A DNA stretch of 64,000 bases from Kudoa neothunni (taxonomy: Eukaryota > Animalia > Cnidaria), in NCBI GenBank assembly GCA_964304625.1, contig OZ199838.1, positions 12,653,843 to 12,717,842 of the forward strand, given 5' to 3'. Below, in pieces: positions 27,901-41,396 of this stretch. The position numbers and the translations under genes are program-made. Within the stretch, counting starts at the first letter, position 1. Each line of letters starts with the position of its first letter. A model generated the notes under the pieces. The model saw nothing but the letters and a program-made list of their open reading frames with translations. It did no database searches and was not told where the DNA came from.

Positions 27901-27925
27901 AACAAACGAACAAATTCTTCAACAT
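24915..27925 (-). CDS. Uncharacterised type-I membrane protein (~890 aa): signal peptide, ~7 four-Cys fibronectin-III-like repeats, TM helix, KKKN tail
   Basis: 8 exons join in frame: signal peptide MLKNLFVCFLFILLNALLLVSP; repeats ending in FN3-type strands (ITIVDLEPNTSYDVKVVA, LVIAGLAAGKPYIIEIES, FTINGVADGNSYHLIVYS, IIFHDYDAKDEYKVLITA); C-terminus IIVLAVVGVLIVGAIGFMIFKKKN*. Ectodomain introns are phase 1. Confidence 0.85.
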
Positions 27926-30899
27926 GTTTAATAGTATTATAGCAATTAATTATTGATATCTAATAAATGAATGCCATCTTATATATAATCCATACTTTCG
28001 TATTCAAAAGTTCCTTAATTGAAAACTGTTGGTGTTCCAAATATAGCATATTAAGGTAATTAAAATTGATAAATACATAAACAAGTAAAATTAATTATTT
28101 GTTTTCGCCTACTCATTATAGAAAGATGCTAATAATAAAATTAATTGTAGTGTTAATAAATTTAAACAAATATATCAACAATATTTTTTGTATCCATAAA
28201 ACTAATACGAAAATTTTATTTATGATAAAGAAGATAAAAAATTTTAACGTAAACGAAACTACCATAAACTTCTTATAGTTACTAAACTGTTTTAAATAAC
28301 GTAAGTATTTATTTTGGTAAGAGACCAGTAAATCACCATATAGCTTTACGTTTAATGATTATAGAAATTTTTGAGTCGTTTTTTAATTTAAACGTTAAAG
28401 GCCGTTATATAATATTATCTGGTAAATTAATTTAATACCAGAAAAGCTAGATAAAAAAATATACTTAGATAATCCTACATCAGCATGCCGATATTAACAA
28501 ACGAAACGGAATTTTGGGAATCATTTAAAGATATTTTCGCCACATTAACATTGACCCAAAAATTTGATTTGATTTGATTGTATTATATTATATTATATTT
28601 ATATAAAATGAATATCGTAAATATATCGTCAAATGTATTTGAAAAATATAATCAAATAAACGTTTATTCTTAGACATAACAGTTAAATTATTCAAAAATT
28701 ATATATAAATATTATGTCAATAAAAGTATGTACAAATTATACTATTTAACATAAAAATGAAAAATGCATAATAACTATCAGACAATAATATGAATAGTAA
28801 ATTTATCAAACCGCATATCCTTTTATTATGTTATTTCTGATAGTTTTGAAGATATTATGTCCATCTCATTATGATGAAATTATTTTTTAGTATAACAAAA
28901 TGTTTAAATAAAACTAAATAAATTTCAGGATTTCATTTTCGAATGAAAAATAATTTAATGTATACTCATTATTAGATCTTAATTTATATTAAAATATACA
29001 ATTAAACTAAAATATTTTGAGCTGTATATTATTTCAAAACATTGTAAATTTCCTGATTTACATGTTTTTAACTTGAAAAACTAAACTTATGAAAAATTTT
29101 GGGTTAGGTCACCAAATTATGCATCAAAATTTATTATGACATTTTTCGTCAAAATTTTAGTTACGAAAGTATATTAAACTTATTATTATTATTGATTTAA
29201 TAATTTCTAAATGTAAGTTATAGTATACTTCTAGCCGCCAATATAGAAATCTCTTCAAATAAATAAAAGTAGAAAGTGTAAAAATCTGTTAAATTACATA
29301 AAATATTATATTAGAACTAGAAAAAGTTTAGCCCTTTAAAGATAACCTAGGGCTCAACAAACCAACCTTTCTATTATTTTTCAAGAAATTTTGTTGTTGA
29401 ACGTCATATTTTGTGCATTTTCGACAGAATTTCACTCAAATTTAACAAAAGTATTATATATCGACTAGTGAAATAAAATAGGCTAAATTTCCAACGATAA
29501 TATATTAAATGCAACACGTTTAACAACAAAATAATAGAGGAGTGCGATTGGCACCTTAGTTTGTCCTTAAAGGATTAATATCGCGTCGTTTATTACACAA
29601 TGAAAAGATTACATATTTATCAGTAAATCGTTAACGTTATAATTGATTTATCCCATCCATATAAATCGATAAAAATTATCGATAACAAATAATTTGGTAG
29701 TTATTACGATAGTTGCTAAAGAAACCTTGGCTAAATTATCAAGAATAATTCCAAATATTTTGCAGATTAATTCTCAGCCAATTTATGAGATAACATTAAA
29801 TCACATGCGCCAATAATCATTTATTTATTAATGATGCCAGTTCAACGGTAAAACTTATTATAGAAGTCAGAATCTATTGATTAATTAAAAGTAATTGTTG
29901 AAATTTAATAAGATTTTATATCTCAATCAGGAATGAGATGTCTAATAATATTACTACGGAAATGAGCTAATAACAGAGGCTGAGAAATATTATTTATTAG
30001 AATGCTCTCAATGATAAATTGTTTAAAAACAAAATTCTTAAACTTTATATCATATATACTTTTTACTAATAAAGAAAATTATCTTGAAATTAATTTATTA
30101 AGTAATTGACGCTATTTTAGTCTATAGAGAATTAAAATGTCTATTTTGATAAAACATTAATCATACAATAATTTTATAATAAAAGTAATATTGAAAAACT
30201 TAATATTTTGTATTTTTAATATCCAACATAAATGTGAAACCATTTGTACTGTAACATAATTGTTTAAAGTTTTTTTACAACATTCTTTAGATGTAATGAC
30301 ATTATTTAATGTTAGATTTAAACTACATTTTAATCTAAAAATCTTTTATGGAATATCAGAAGTATAGTTCAGTTGACATATGAGTGTAAATGACAAAATT
30401 TCACAATTTTGGCCTATGAAATATTAGAGATAAAAATCTAGTTAGTGACGTAAGTAGATCATTGAATGAAATCCACTTAATATGAATTCACATATACCAT
30501 TTCTGAAAAATTTTTTTATTGATTTAAAATTTAACTTTGGTAATTTAGTAAAAAAATTATTGAATTACTGAAAAACTTTAATAAGAACATTGAAAATTAC
30601 AATTAATTTTAGACTCGCTTCAAATAAATATACAATTCATAATGTAACGCGTATTATTTATTGTTAAATATGTTTAGTTTAATTTAGCATATTCATTTAA
30701 TTTATTTCATTGAGATCTTATAAGTATGTGGATATAAAAATTTTATCTTTACAATGTCAAATTATGATAAGATATGATTTTCTTAAATAACTTAAAACGA
30801 TCATAAATTATAACAAAAAAAATAGTATAAATAAAGATAAGAATTCAAATAATTATCTCTATTGATCATAAACCAAATAAGATAGTAAATTGGGAAGTC

Positions 30900-32050
30900 G
30901 TTATAAAGATGAGTGTGGGATACATTATTATTTTGTTTCTCGCCGCGTGCAGTATATTTTGCCAAAAATGTTATAGACTAATGATAGATTCAGAATTATT
31001 AAAAACCGTTGATGGGGTATCAAATTCTAGTTTCAGTGAGGTCTCTATAAATTTTAATTCGCATCACTTATGATATTAAATAGAGGAACTCATCAAACGT
31101 CTCCTTAACTTCTTCTGCAAGAAATGATTTAATGGCTGTTATCCGTGCAATAATTCATTCAAATTGTGTTTACCATAGCCGCGTGAACGTAGATTATATA
31201 ATTTTTTGATTTAAATTAGCTTTTAATAATAGTGCGATGATGAACAATACCAAATGATCCCATTTGAAAGAATTATCAATGTTTACTTTCGACGTGATTT
31301 TATCTGCAGCTATGTAGTAGTGTGCAATGATGGTAATCAAAGTAATCTATTGACTATTTTTAATAGAAAATAAATAATGCATTAAAATAGTAATATCGTT
31401 AAGATTTCCCCATGCTTGTTTGCCTTGCATGGTATAAATAACATAAAGTACATTGAATAACATTAACTATTATAAGATGATTTCATTGTCATCCGAATCG
31501 TCGTTGAATTCATTACTGACTCCTTCCAGACTTCAAGAGTATTGCATTCGTTATTCATTTGCACCGGTAAAATTGTTATCTATTAAAGACTTGATAACAA
31601 AATTAAGTGTGAGCATTTAGTTTCCATATTCATTCAAAAAATGATTAGATCTTATCATAAATATTCTTGTTACAGGCTAGGCTCATGCTCTAGCAGGTAA
31701 TATTCTGTATCATGATGGAGCTGATAGAATTTAACTAAATTAGAGTCGCATCAAACGATCAATTCCTTAATTCAGTCTTTTTTGAAGATAGACCAAGGTT
31801 TTTTTATATTAATCGATCGTATCATAACGAATAATTTTAATGGAATTTTATTTAAAGGAATGTTTCAAATTCGCCCATCGGACGTAACTTATTATTTTCA
31901 TTGATATAGTAATAATAATAAATAATAAGTATTTGTAAGGATGGCTCCAAGAATAAATAATATCTTTGAACGACAATGGTTATCCTTGTTTCATAATGTT
32001 ACAGTGCAAAATTTGATTAATTTGGCTTGAAAACCAAAAATTTGGATATA
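30900..32050 (-). mobile_element. Possible ancient MULE/Mutator-like transposase relic (boundaries approximate)
   Basis: Heavily disrupted frames with EFNDDSD...LCYLYHARQ/KQAWEIL, reminiscent of MULE FMTDDS...LC.FH..QA.W. Many stops. Confidence 0.3.
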
Positions 32051-33199
32051 AAATTATAACGGTCAAAAAACATATACTTAACCTATCTTATTGATGCTTC
32101 TTACACAACAAATTATTCTTTCTTAACTTAAAAAAATAGAAATAATCCTATTACATACGGTATGGTCTCGATATTGCAATTGGCACTTTATTACATTTAT
32201 TGAATATTAATTGTTGGTATTCTGATTGATATAGTTGGTTTATCTAATAATATATCGAAAAAAAGAATATTATTTGACGACTATGTTTAAAAAATTGTAG
32301 GGTCTTGCTGTTGCGCATTAACTATTTTCCCTTTTAATTCTAAAAATCCCCTAAATTACAAAGTTAAATCTTGGTAACGACAAAGCCGCATATACGTTTA
32401 GGCAGATAAATAAACACAACTAAATATTATGAATTCATTAAATTTTTTACGAATGCGAAAATAATGACTCTAATGCAATTTAGGATATCGAGTATTATTT
32501 TTTGGAAATTATATGCAAACCAACACAGGTTATTTTACTCATAATCAAAAGTAATATCGAAAATTATTTCATGAATCTAAAATATATTATAAATTTGCGT
32601 TTACCCGAGTGAAAATTGTTATCAGAAAGTTTACCTACCTTTAAGGTGAATTTTATCATTAGTTGGTCTCCGAACGCCGAAAAAAGAAAGCATTCCTAGG
32701 TTCTTAATCATTGCGAAGACAATATATATTCCCGATAACCTAAGAATTATTTTTTTAATTACAAAAATTTTATTGTTGGAAAATTTTTAATCTCCGCCTT
32801 TGCTTCAAAATAAAACCCTTCATGGAGCAGCCGACAGCAATCATTTAAATGCTGCTTATGAATGTATGACAAAATTATCTGGGGGTTTAAACAGATATAA
32901 AAATAAAACATATATAGACTAAACCCCTCTCTTTACGAGTAATTAATTCAACATATGTATGAAAGAGGTAACAATCGATTTTTATATGTTTGAAGCAGTC
33001 AAATAGGCTTTAAGATGTGTTAGTAACTGCTTCGTATTTGGAGATTAGTTTCCAGCTAACTTTATTCTTACATATTTTACCCAAAATATGATTGAACGTC
33101 TGCATCGATTTGTCTTCAGATAATAAGTCTTACTGATAGTCACATACAAGACAGGAACATTTTTAAACTTTCAGATCAATGTGCTTCACGCCCTCAATT

Positions 33200-34084
33200 A
33201 AATGAAACATTCAACAATATTGAATTACTTTTTTTGCTAAAAATACAATTAGTATTATTCAACCAATGGATATCTACATCATCAATAGTCAAAAGATTAA
33301 ATATAGAAAAATCGTACATAGATACCTCTTATTTGAAGAAGGCGGTCAATAAAAAATTTAATGTCATGAACCGCAAGTTCGGAGGTAACATATTGCGTAA
33401 AGGAACATCTGCCGCTCAATAAAACTAATTCTTGATCAATTGTAAGATGAGCAGACGGAATTAGACACATCGACAAAATGCTTTTCCACCTATTGAAAGC
33501 TTAGGTTACGAAGAAAAACTTATCGACTTCTCACCGCAAACTCTTGTCTCACAGTCGTCAAAGTGTACATTTCTGTTTGTTTGGATGAATCAATAAAGCG
33601 GCATAATTCTACGAAGTATATGATGTCCTTCATCCAAGCTCCACAATTGCTTAAGAGACTCCATTCTAGATTTAAAGATTGACATATATTTAAGAATTCC
33701 TATGTTTGGTTTATATTTCATTATATTTAGATTTTCCATTTTCATCCGTAATGAAAAGCACCAAATTTATTAGTGTGAGTAACGGCAGAATTGAAAAATT
33801 CATCATCACAAAAATGGAAAACTATCCTATAAATTGCAAATTCGGGATATTAGAAATGCAGTCGGACCTAGAGGTTTGTTTAAGATGTTTTCTTTCTTGA
33901 TTTTTGTATATGAAGGCCCTAATGCGGACCATAACACATTGTTATTGTCCCTATTCGTGTTAATGGTGCCATAATCATCTGAAAAATTATAATGATATGA
34001 AGAGAAACATTCTTCAATAATATCTTCAATTTCACTGAATTCAGAATCATAACTTGTTAGAAAACCATCAAATAACTCTTCCAT
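33200..34084 (-). mobile_element. Old piggyBac transposase relic
   Basis: Acidic N-terminus with LWS...ENILNKPLGPT, then disrupted ESLKQLWSLDEG, HFDD, LTIDQELV..SGRCSFTQYV (piggyBac TVDEQL..FRGRC.F.QY). Confidence 0.7.
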
Positions 34085-35820
34085 TTCTAACGGCTGGTAA
34101 CAATCGACATCACTCGATCAATATAAGAAACATAAACCCTGATTTATCTCAATATTTAATGGATGTAACCCTTCGAAATCAAAATATGTTATTTTTTATA
34201 ATTTTATCAAAGCTTCTGTGAAATAAAAACGTGGAGCCTATCTTGAATCACAAACTGCGTGGTGTAAGTATTTGATATAAAATCCTAGAAAACAAATAAT
34301 TCCTAATTCTAAAATTAAATTATGAATATATAGCAACTTTTAAAAAGAATAATGATTGGACCCCAAAAATGCTTGGAGGGTTACTGGTAATATGATGGCG
34401 GTTAAATCCAAAATAGAAGTGCACAATTCAATATACAATCCATCCTCGGAAACTCTCAATGCACGTTTAATGGAGAAATTATTTTTGAATGTTCTTTTAT
34501 TTCATAATAAATTCTTTTTTTGCCAATTAATATCACCGAAAATACATCGATATGTAATTCCGTAGCATCGAAAAGTGGGTTGGTTAAATTAGTTATTCTG
34601 CCTTTAACATTCAAAAGTATTCTTGTCTAGAATTTATACTAGTTAAAATATGATGTCGTTCCATAAATATTACGAGCACTTCCTAATTCATTCAAAGAAT
34701 TAAACTCCACACCAACGTAAATAAATTCTGATTCATCACTCTAGCGCGGGAAATGATGAATTATTTGTAAATAACTACGAATAATTGTCTAGTAGATTTA
34801 TAAAACATTTTAATACATTTATTAATAAATAACTTGGTAGTTGATCTGTTTTTAAAGTTAAAAAACTTGCTCACATTCAGTTGCATGTTGTATTTTAAGG
34901 CCTTCTACATAACATGTCTATATATATTTAAAAACTTACAAATCAATTGATCTTTATGTATTATGTTAATACATAAATCTTCAACAGATTCGAATAGTTA
35001 GTTTTAGAAATATTAATTTCCTGTGGAATAGCCAATTCCGTGGGGGGATTATCAGGTACCTGTAAAACAGCCACAGCCTACAATTAATCTAGTTTTTCAT
35101 TCTAAAAAGGTAATAACATCAAATATTCTCAATATCTATTAAATATAGAAATTTCTTAATTTTGATCTGAAAGATTTATCTCACACATTTTCTTAAAAAA
35201 TAAGAACTATTAATATAGAATTTTATGGGAAAATAGGTTATTAGTAAATATTTTTTTTGAAATGGAAACATTTAATATCCCTTCAACAATTTCTTTTTCA
35301 ATTACCATATCACTTATAAATTTTTGACTTTTTATATTAATTATATGGCATTTATTACGTTAATATATAAAAAGTTAGGTTCATTGTTTAATACTTTGGC
35401 ATTTCGTAAAGTTTTGAAACAGTAAAAGTTTTAAACAAATAATGTTGAAAATATCTCTGGTTGGCAAGCATCTGATGATTCCACGTAAATGATTTCTCAA
35501 TTAATTTAAAAGTTATTAAAGGAAATTGATCTCCATAATTAAAATATCGAGACCATAACTCTTTGAGATTAAAAATTATATCAAAATTTATTCTAAGTGG
35601 TTAAATTTTTATTATACCTTAGATAATATCAATAAATTATTGTTAGAAGAAGTACGTAGATTTCATAAATTGAGATATCACTTCAATAGTTACGAATTAT
35701 ATATTTCAGTTTTTCCATGATTTTCAAACCTAAAATTACGTCATTGGAATGGTCGGAAATATATAATCTGAACTTCGTATATCGTCTTATAATCTACTGA
35801 ATAATTGATAGGCTTTTTAA

Positions 35821-37880
35821 CCCTCGTACACATGCTCAAAAAACTTACGTTGACCCCACTCAAAAATAAACACATGAAAACGTTTTTAAAATTCGAAAAA
35901 TTCTAATTGATGTTGTTTGAGTTTAAACATTCAGTACAAATTATTTCTCCTCTACTCTATTGGTAAGTTTGCACAGCATTGTATTGCATAATTTGCATTG
36001 CGCTGACGTTTTCAATCTCCTCGAACGAATACAGGTTTGGCATCACTTTCTAGCATTGCTTTGTAAGATTGTAGGCTTTTTTAAAAATGGAATGCCAGTT
36101 TCGAGACTTGTAGGTGGTAAAAGCTCGTCTGCGAGCAATTTTAGAAATTCTCTTCTGGCTTGTTTTCTACATTTATTCAAAAATGTGGAATGCATTTGGA
36201 AATACAACAAGTAGGAATTATATGCAGCGATGTCTAACAAATTATAGAAAAGGGCCATTGGCTACCTTCGTGTTTTTCTTTTTACCGAAAAATATCTTAC
36301 TATTTGATCAAGAGTATCAACTCCACCTTTCGTAGAATTATAGTAAGATATAATTTCAGGTTTTTGGCTTTCTTCATCAATATTCGCATTTCAGTGGAAT
36401 GTTGACAATAAGACAACCGATCTGTTTTTCTTAGGGTTGTATTTGACGAGTGTGACCTTATCTTGAAACAAGAACTGACTATTATATTCGTTTCCTTTCG
36501 ACGTTTGAAACTCTGGTGTTCAACATTTTTGATTTTTTCGAACAGTTCCTACAATTGTCAATTTTTGGTTAAGTAGAAATCTTGCGAGGGAAAAAATAGT
36601 GAAAAAATTATCTGTTGTGATATTTCGACCAGATTTAAAAATCGGTTCACATTAAGTTTTCACAACATTTTACTCTTCATTAAACTGTATTTCGCCATTT
36701 TGTTTTCCAAGATATACCTTTGAAACGAATAGGTAGGCATTTTTTGAGTCACACAAAGCCCATATTTTAACACCATTCCGTCCGAGTTTATTTGGAACGT
36801 ACATTTTGAGACCACATCTCCCTCTGAATGTCATCAGTTGCTCGTCAACAGTCATTTGTTCATCTGGTGTATAATTTTTTGGAGAATTTCCAATAAAGTG
36901 TTCAAAAACGTCTCTTATAGGAGCCAATTCGTCATCTTGTATTCTGGATTCTCTTTTATCAAACCGCATACACGAAGATATTTTTTCAAATAAATTAATA
37001 GAGATTGATGGATTTATTGTAGGTTGACCTTACTTTGATGACCAGAATTCACGAATATCCATATTTTTACCCTTCATTACACCAATCATTATGCAGCCAC
37101 CAATATATTTCACTAGATTATCTTTGATAATCTAAGTTAATTCTGATCGATAGTTTTTTATATAACGATTGGTGCATTCAACAATCAAATCAAGGATTTC
37201 GTTGCCAAACAAGTTTAAAAATGCCATGAGTGGGGTATCCAATCGTTTTAGCACATGTGGTTTGAAACCTGGTTGGCACTTAAAAATATTTTTCGCGTCA
37301 GTTCTTCGTTGGTTTCTTGCTGATTGTTTAGACCATTTTCCTCCATCTTTTGAAGTCAACGTGGCAATTAATTCAGTGCTAAATTCTGCCTCATCATCCG
37401 AATCATCATAATCGGATATAGGATTTTCAATTAAATAGTCGCCAAACTTAGAATCAGTTACATCAAATAGAATTTCATGTTCATCTCTTTCCATCTCTAA
37501 AACAGACCAAAGTTCAGCTGATTTAGAATCTATATGATCACGTGACATATTAAAAACTCAAATTTATCCCTTCTTAAAAATTATTTTACTTATTCTTGAA
37601 ATTAAATGAATATTTAATAGCTGTATTTGGTATTATACATAGCATTATCAGAGTAATTATCGTAGATTTTCCAATAAAGAGTGGGAATGGAAGTTTTAAT
37701 GTTTCGATGATTTAACAGTGTTTGAAATTTATATTATTTTTATTTCAATAAATATTTTAAAATAATACAGTAATAACATAAATTTGGAAAAATTACTTAA
37801 AATTCTGTGAGAGAGATTTTAAGAAAATCGCTGATAAAAGAGGCTGGGCCCGTTTTTGAACCCCAATGTGTGTACAAGGG
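35821..37880 (-). mobile_element. Near full-length piggyBac element with disrupted transposase (ATG at 37548)
   Basis: TTAA at 35817-35820 then TIR CCCTCGTACACA; right end TGTGTACAAGGG followed by TAAA. Transposase motifs MTVDEQLMTFRGRCGLKMYVPNK, GRNITTDNFFT, TKGGVD, WPMALFYNLLDIAAYNSY and a C-terminal Cys-rich domain, broken by stops and frameshifts. Confidence 0.93.
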
Positions 37881-38181
37881 TAAACTAACATTATTATTCG
37901 AAAAACTATAAAAGAAAATAAATCTGAAATCTTATTTATAAAATAAAAAACAACACATTAATAATTTTTAAATACTAAACATTGAAATTATGGAAAAATA
38001 TTTAACAACAAATATAAATTTTTATATTAATTTATGTGAGTAAGTATTATTTTTGTTAAATGATTTCATATAAAAATAGGTCTAGTAAATTTTTTTAACT
38101 CAGCAATTTTTCTATTCGCATTCGTTCGGGTAAATCCGCTACACAAAGACCCTTGAGGTTTAAACGTCTGTTTTTTGTGAA

Positions 38182-38828
38182 ATGAGTGAAGAACGGAGAA
38201 GAAAAATATTGGAAAATGCTAACAATAGGTTGAACAAAATAGCCAGGTTTAACGGCGGCGAGAGATTGGAACTGGATGATTCAAGTGATTTGAGTGCTGC
38301 TGGTATATGATTGCTTGCACGATCGCATTCTTATCTTTGTTAGATGGTTTAAAAGAATTGTCAGAAATGAGCGAATCGCTTAAGAATTTGAAAAATAAAT
38401 TTTCTGATAACATTACTAGATGGGATGATTTGTATGAGAACAACCAATTTATAATGGAGAGTTTACAGAAAAGGAAAGCTAGCAGCGAGAAGTTGCATTC
38501 AGTTTTGCTTCTTTCGTTGCATTTGGCTACTTTTGTGATGATGGTGGGTGTGATATATGATGATTTGTTTAAAAATTCAAATTATGTTCAAAAATGGAGT
38601 GCTTTCTTCATGTTAAGTTGTATAAAATATGGAGTGATAAATTCTTTTGGTTCCAGTAATGTTGATCTAATTTTGGAATGGTTGAAAAGCAAGAGTATTG
38701 CCTTGTACATGCTGTGTTTTGTCTTTTTGTTGATTGGAAGTTCAACGTACAAAGCATTCAAGGATTATTCGACGCTTATTGTACTTTATGTATTGTGTTA
38801 CTATTTGAAGCCCCTTATAGTTATTTAA
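38182..38828 (+). CDS. CAMLG: CAML/GET2-like tail-anchored protein insertion receptor subunit
   Basis: Exon 1 MSEERRRKILENANNRLNKI matches the Get2/CAML N-terminal RRRK(I/L)L...R(I/L)..I motif. One short intron; several hydrophobic C-terminal helices. Confidence 0.65.
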
Positions 38829-38921
38829 TTTGTTTAAATTGTTATTTTTATTGCGCATACATAATTAATTATCTTTTATATTATTCAATTAAACAATCAT
38901 AATCTATACAGTAAGATTGGT

Positions 38922-41396
38922 TCATTTTTGCAACGGAAACAGACATGGGAAAACTTTGTTGAAAACTCCTTCTATTTCCGGGTGGATTTCAATAGCATCC
39001 AGGAAGGTGAATAAGTCTATAGTGAGTAAAGTACAGTTGGTAAGGGTTTGGAGACGATATAATGATTTGAATGATTTGAACGATTTAAATGATTGGTTTT
39101 TCGATATTCCGCCGTAAAGAGTCCCAAAATGATCATGTTTTCCTTTAAAAAAATTAGATATATAATCAACTACGCAATACCGAATATGCGCCATATTTGG
39201 TGGTCTTTGGTAGCTACCACATAGCCCTTGACAAGCACATACAAGTGTGCTATTGGTTGATTTATATGGATGAATGTTTGGTTGGATTCAAGATTAACAG
39301 TTGTGACCATTGAACAGATAACGGATGAGATCACTGGATCTTCGACCAAACTGGAGAAAATAGGGAATTCTTTAAAAAGTTTTGAGCCTCGAATCGAACG
39401 AATGGACAGATGAAAAAGTGGGAATTTCTGTCTCTATATATATACCAATATAATTGTGCAATCGAAAGACATTCATTGATGACTACCGATAATGAATAGA
39501 GAGATTGTTGATAAGCTATTTGCGAGCTATTGGACGGGTTGCTTTCAAAGATGTGAGCTTCAATTATCTGAGCCCAATGTTCGTTGTTGAATCCATATTT
39601 TTTTAGCAGTTTCCTCAGGTTTTGTTTGTTGTAATAGTCGGAAGCCTTTTCGTTTTGTGAGAAAGAGATGATGATAGCCATCTGATTTAGAAGAATAGCG
39701 TAGGTGATAACTAAAGCAATTGATTCGGATTAAATTTACAAAAACAAACCCACGTACTTCCAATAATCATTAACAATATGGAAAGCCAAGTTTCAATGTA
39801 TGTGTTGGGGGAAATATTGCCGAATCCGACGGTGCTATAGCTGGTGAGTACAAAATAGAATGCGCTCGTGTAGAGAACATTCGTGCTGAGTTTTTGGATC
39901 GGGTCGTCAGTGTAAATATTGGCAGTTGTGTTGAAACGGCTGTTCAGCTGATTGATCCAGGTGGAAGGGTTTGTTTGATCGTCCCAATAAGCTGTGATAC
40001 CAAACCTTAATTAATTTATATATTTATATGTTGTTGATTAAGCTTTCACGTAATATAAGGTTATATGCAATTACCACAAACACGAGAGAATATGAACAAT
40101 AGTCAGTAGCAATAAGACTAACACGGCAAACTTGATTTTTCCGAATCCAATATAATTTCTAAATTTTCTGTACACCCGATAAAGGTTAAACAATCTGATC
40201 ATATTGATCAAAAGTATCCATCTGTTCTAGAAAATAATAATCCACAACAAAATTTATTTCGATAAACTTACGAATTTGATTTTGAAAATGGTGACAATCA
40301 ATATCAATGGGATGGATCCTACGAAATCGGGCCAAAACCTTCCTCTAATATAACTGGTAGCTAGTTGATAGGGATTTCTCACAAGATCGCCATCGGTTTC
40401 TAATTCAATGGTGGTTCGAAACTGGGCAACAATAGTAAATAGCGAAACCAATTCGACAACAATAGAAACATTGAACAGGTTATTGTTGATATCAAGTTGA
40501 AACGCGATCACAAATGGTACTACAATAACAATATATAGTATCACCAAGGTAAGGAGAGCTATGTTGATTTTTGCAACGACGCTATCCTCATGGATAACTA
40601 ACCACGGAAGATATATATGCCTGTATTTGAACAGAGGTATTTGAAAGGGGGAATATGGCTAAAAGAATGATTAAAATTTATCCAGAACGGTCACATTTAT
40701 GTATTAACCTTATGAATATGTGAAGGTTCCAGTCGACTTAAATCCTTTATGTTATAGTCTACGTTAGTTATACTTTCGAATTTGTTGACTAAACTTAAAA
40801 GATTCTAAAATAGTATACAAATAAAGCTACGTTGTATTTCAGTATCATATGGAATGTGTTTAAATGCGAGAAAATAGAACAGAGGGTTTAAATTCTCGTC
40901 TAGAACTTCTTGATGACACACCCAAATTACTTTTTTCTCAACTAAATCGATCGAATTAATCCAAAATAATTTAAAAATGATTAGTTACATTTTGATACAA
41001 TATGGTTATTAAAGGCTGTACCATTTGTCAATAAATCTTGTACCATTTCCCGTCGATCAAAGGGCTCCAATAATGAAATGATAATTTTTGTGGGTTCGAC
41101 GTGTGCATTTCGAGAATGTTGGAGTTTTTCTTTTAGCCCGCTTGATACGAATATAATATTCTTTTCGTTCTTACCATATAAGATGTAATTGAACCCTGTG
41201 AAAAGCGCGTTTCACATTTAAATACTCCAGCTAAAATATCACCGTGCTGTTGAGCTTTTTCGTTCATGCTATCAATAAAATCATTCTCCAAGTGTTTGCT
41301 GTTACATAAATCGCGACACCAACGTCGCATGCAATTAAAATAATATTTGAAGTGGCTTCGACGGAAACATTGCCATACTTTTAACCACCAAGACAT
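38922..41396 (-). CDS. EAG/KCNH-family potassium channel with C-linker and cyclic-nucleotide-binding homology domain (start approximate)
   Basis: FRTT...LVRNP..LATSYIRGRFWPDFVGSIP (S2-S3), S4-S5 INMIRLFNLYRVYRKFRNYIGFG...HILSCLW, pore YTSAFYFVLTSYSTVGFGNISPNT, CNBHD LYVLVKGYV...IFGKHDHFG...QTLTNCTLLTID. Confidence 0.88.
39058..39094. repeat. Short 9-bp tandem repeat (AATGATTTG-like, ~4 units) encoding SFK repeats in the channel CNBHD
   Basis: aatgatttg aatgatttg aacgattta aatgatt seen directly; translates on minus as QSFKSFKSFKSL. Confidence 0.8.

Noticed and set aside
28000-30900. Extremely AT-rich ~3 kb upstream of the surface-protein gene as a regulatory or centromere-like region
   Set aside because: No periodic repeat or recognisable motif was seen; it cannot be distinguished from decayed TE or intergenic DNA.
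34300-34740. Possible second MULE/ZSWIM-like N-terminal relic
   Set aside because: Similarity is limited to a few residues in broken frames; not supportable by eye.
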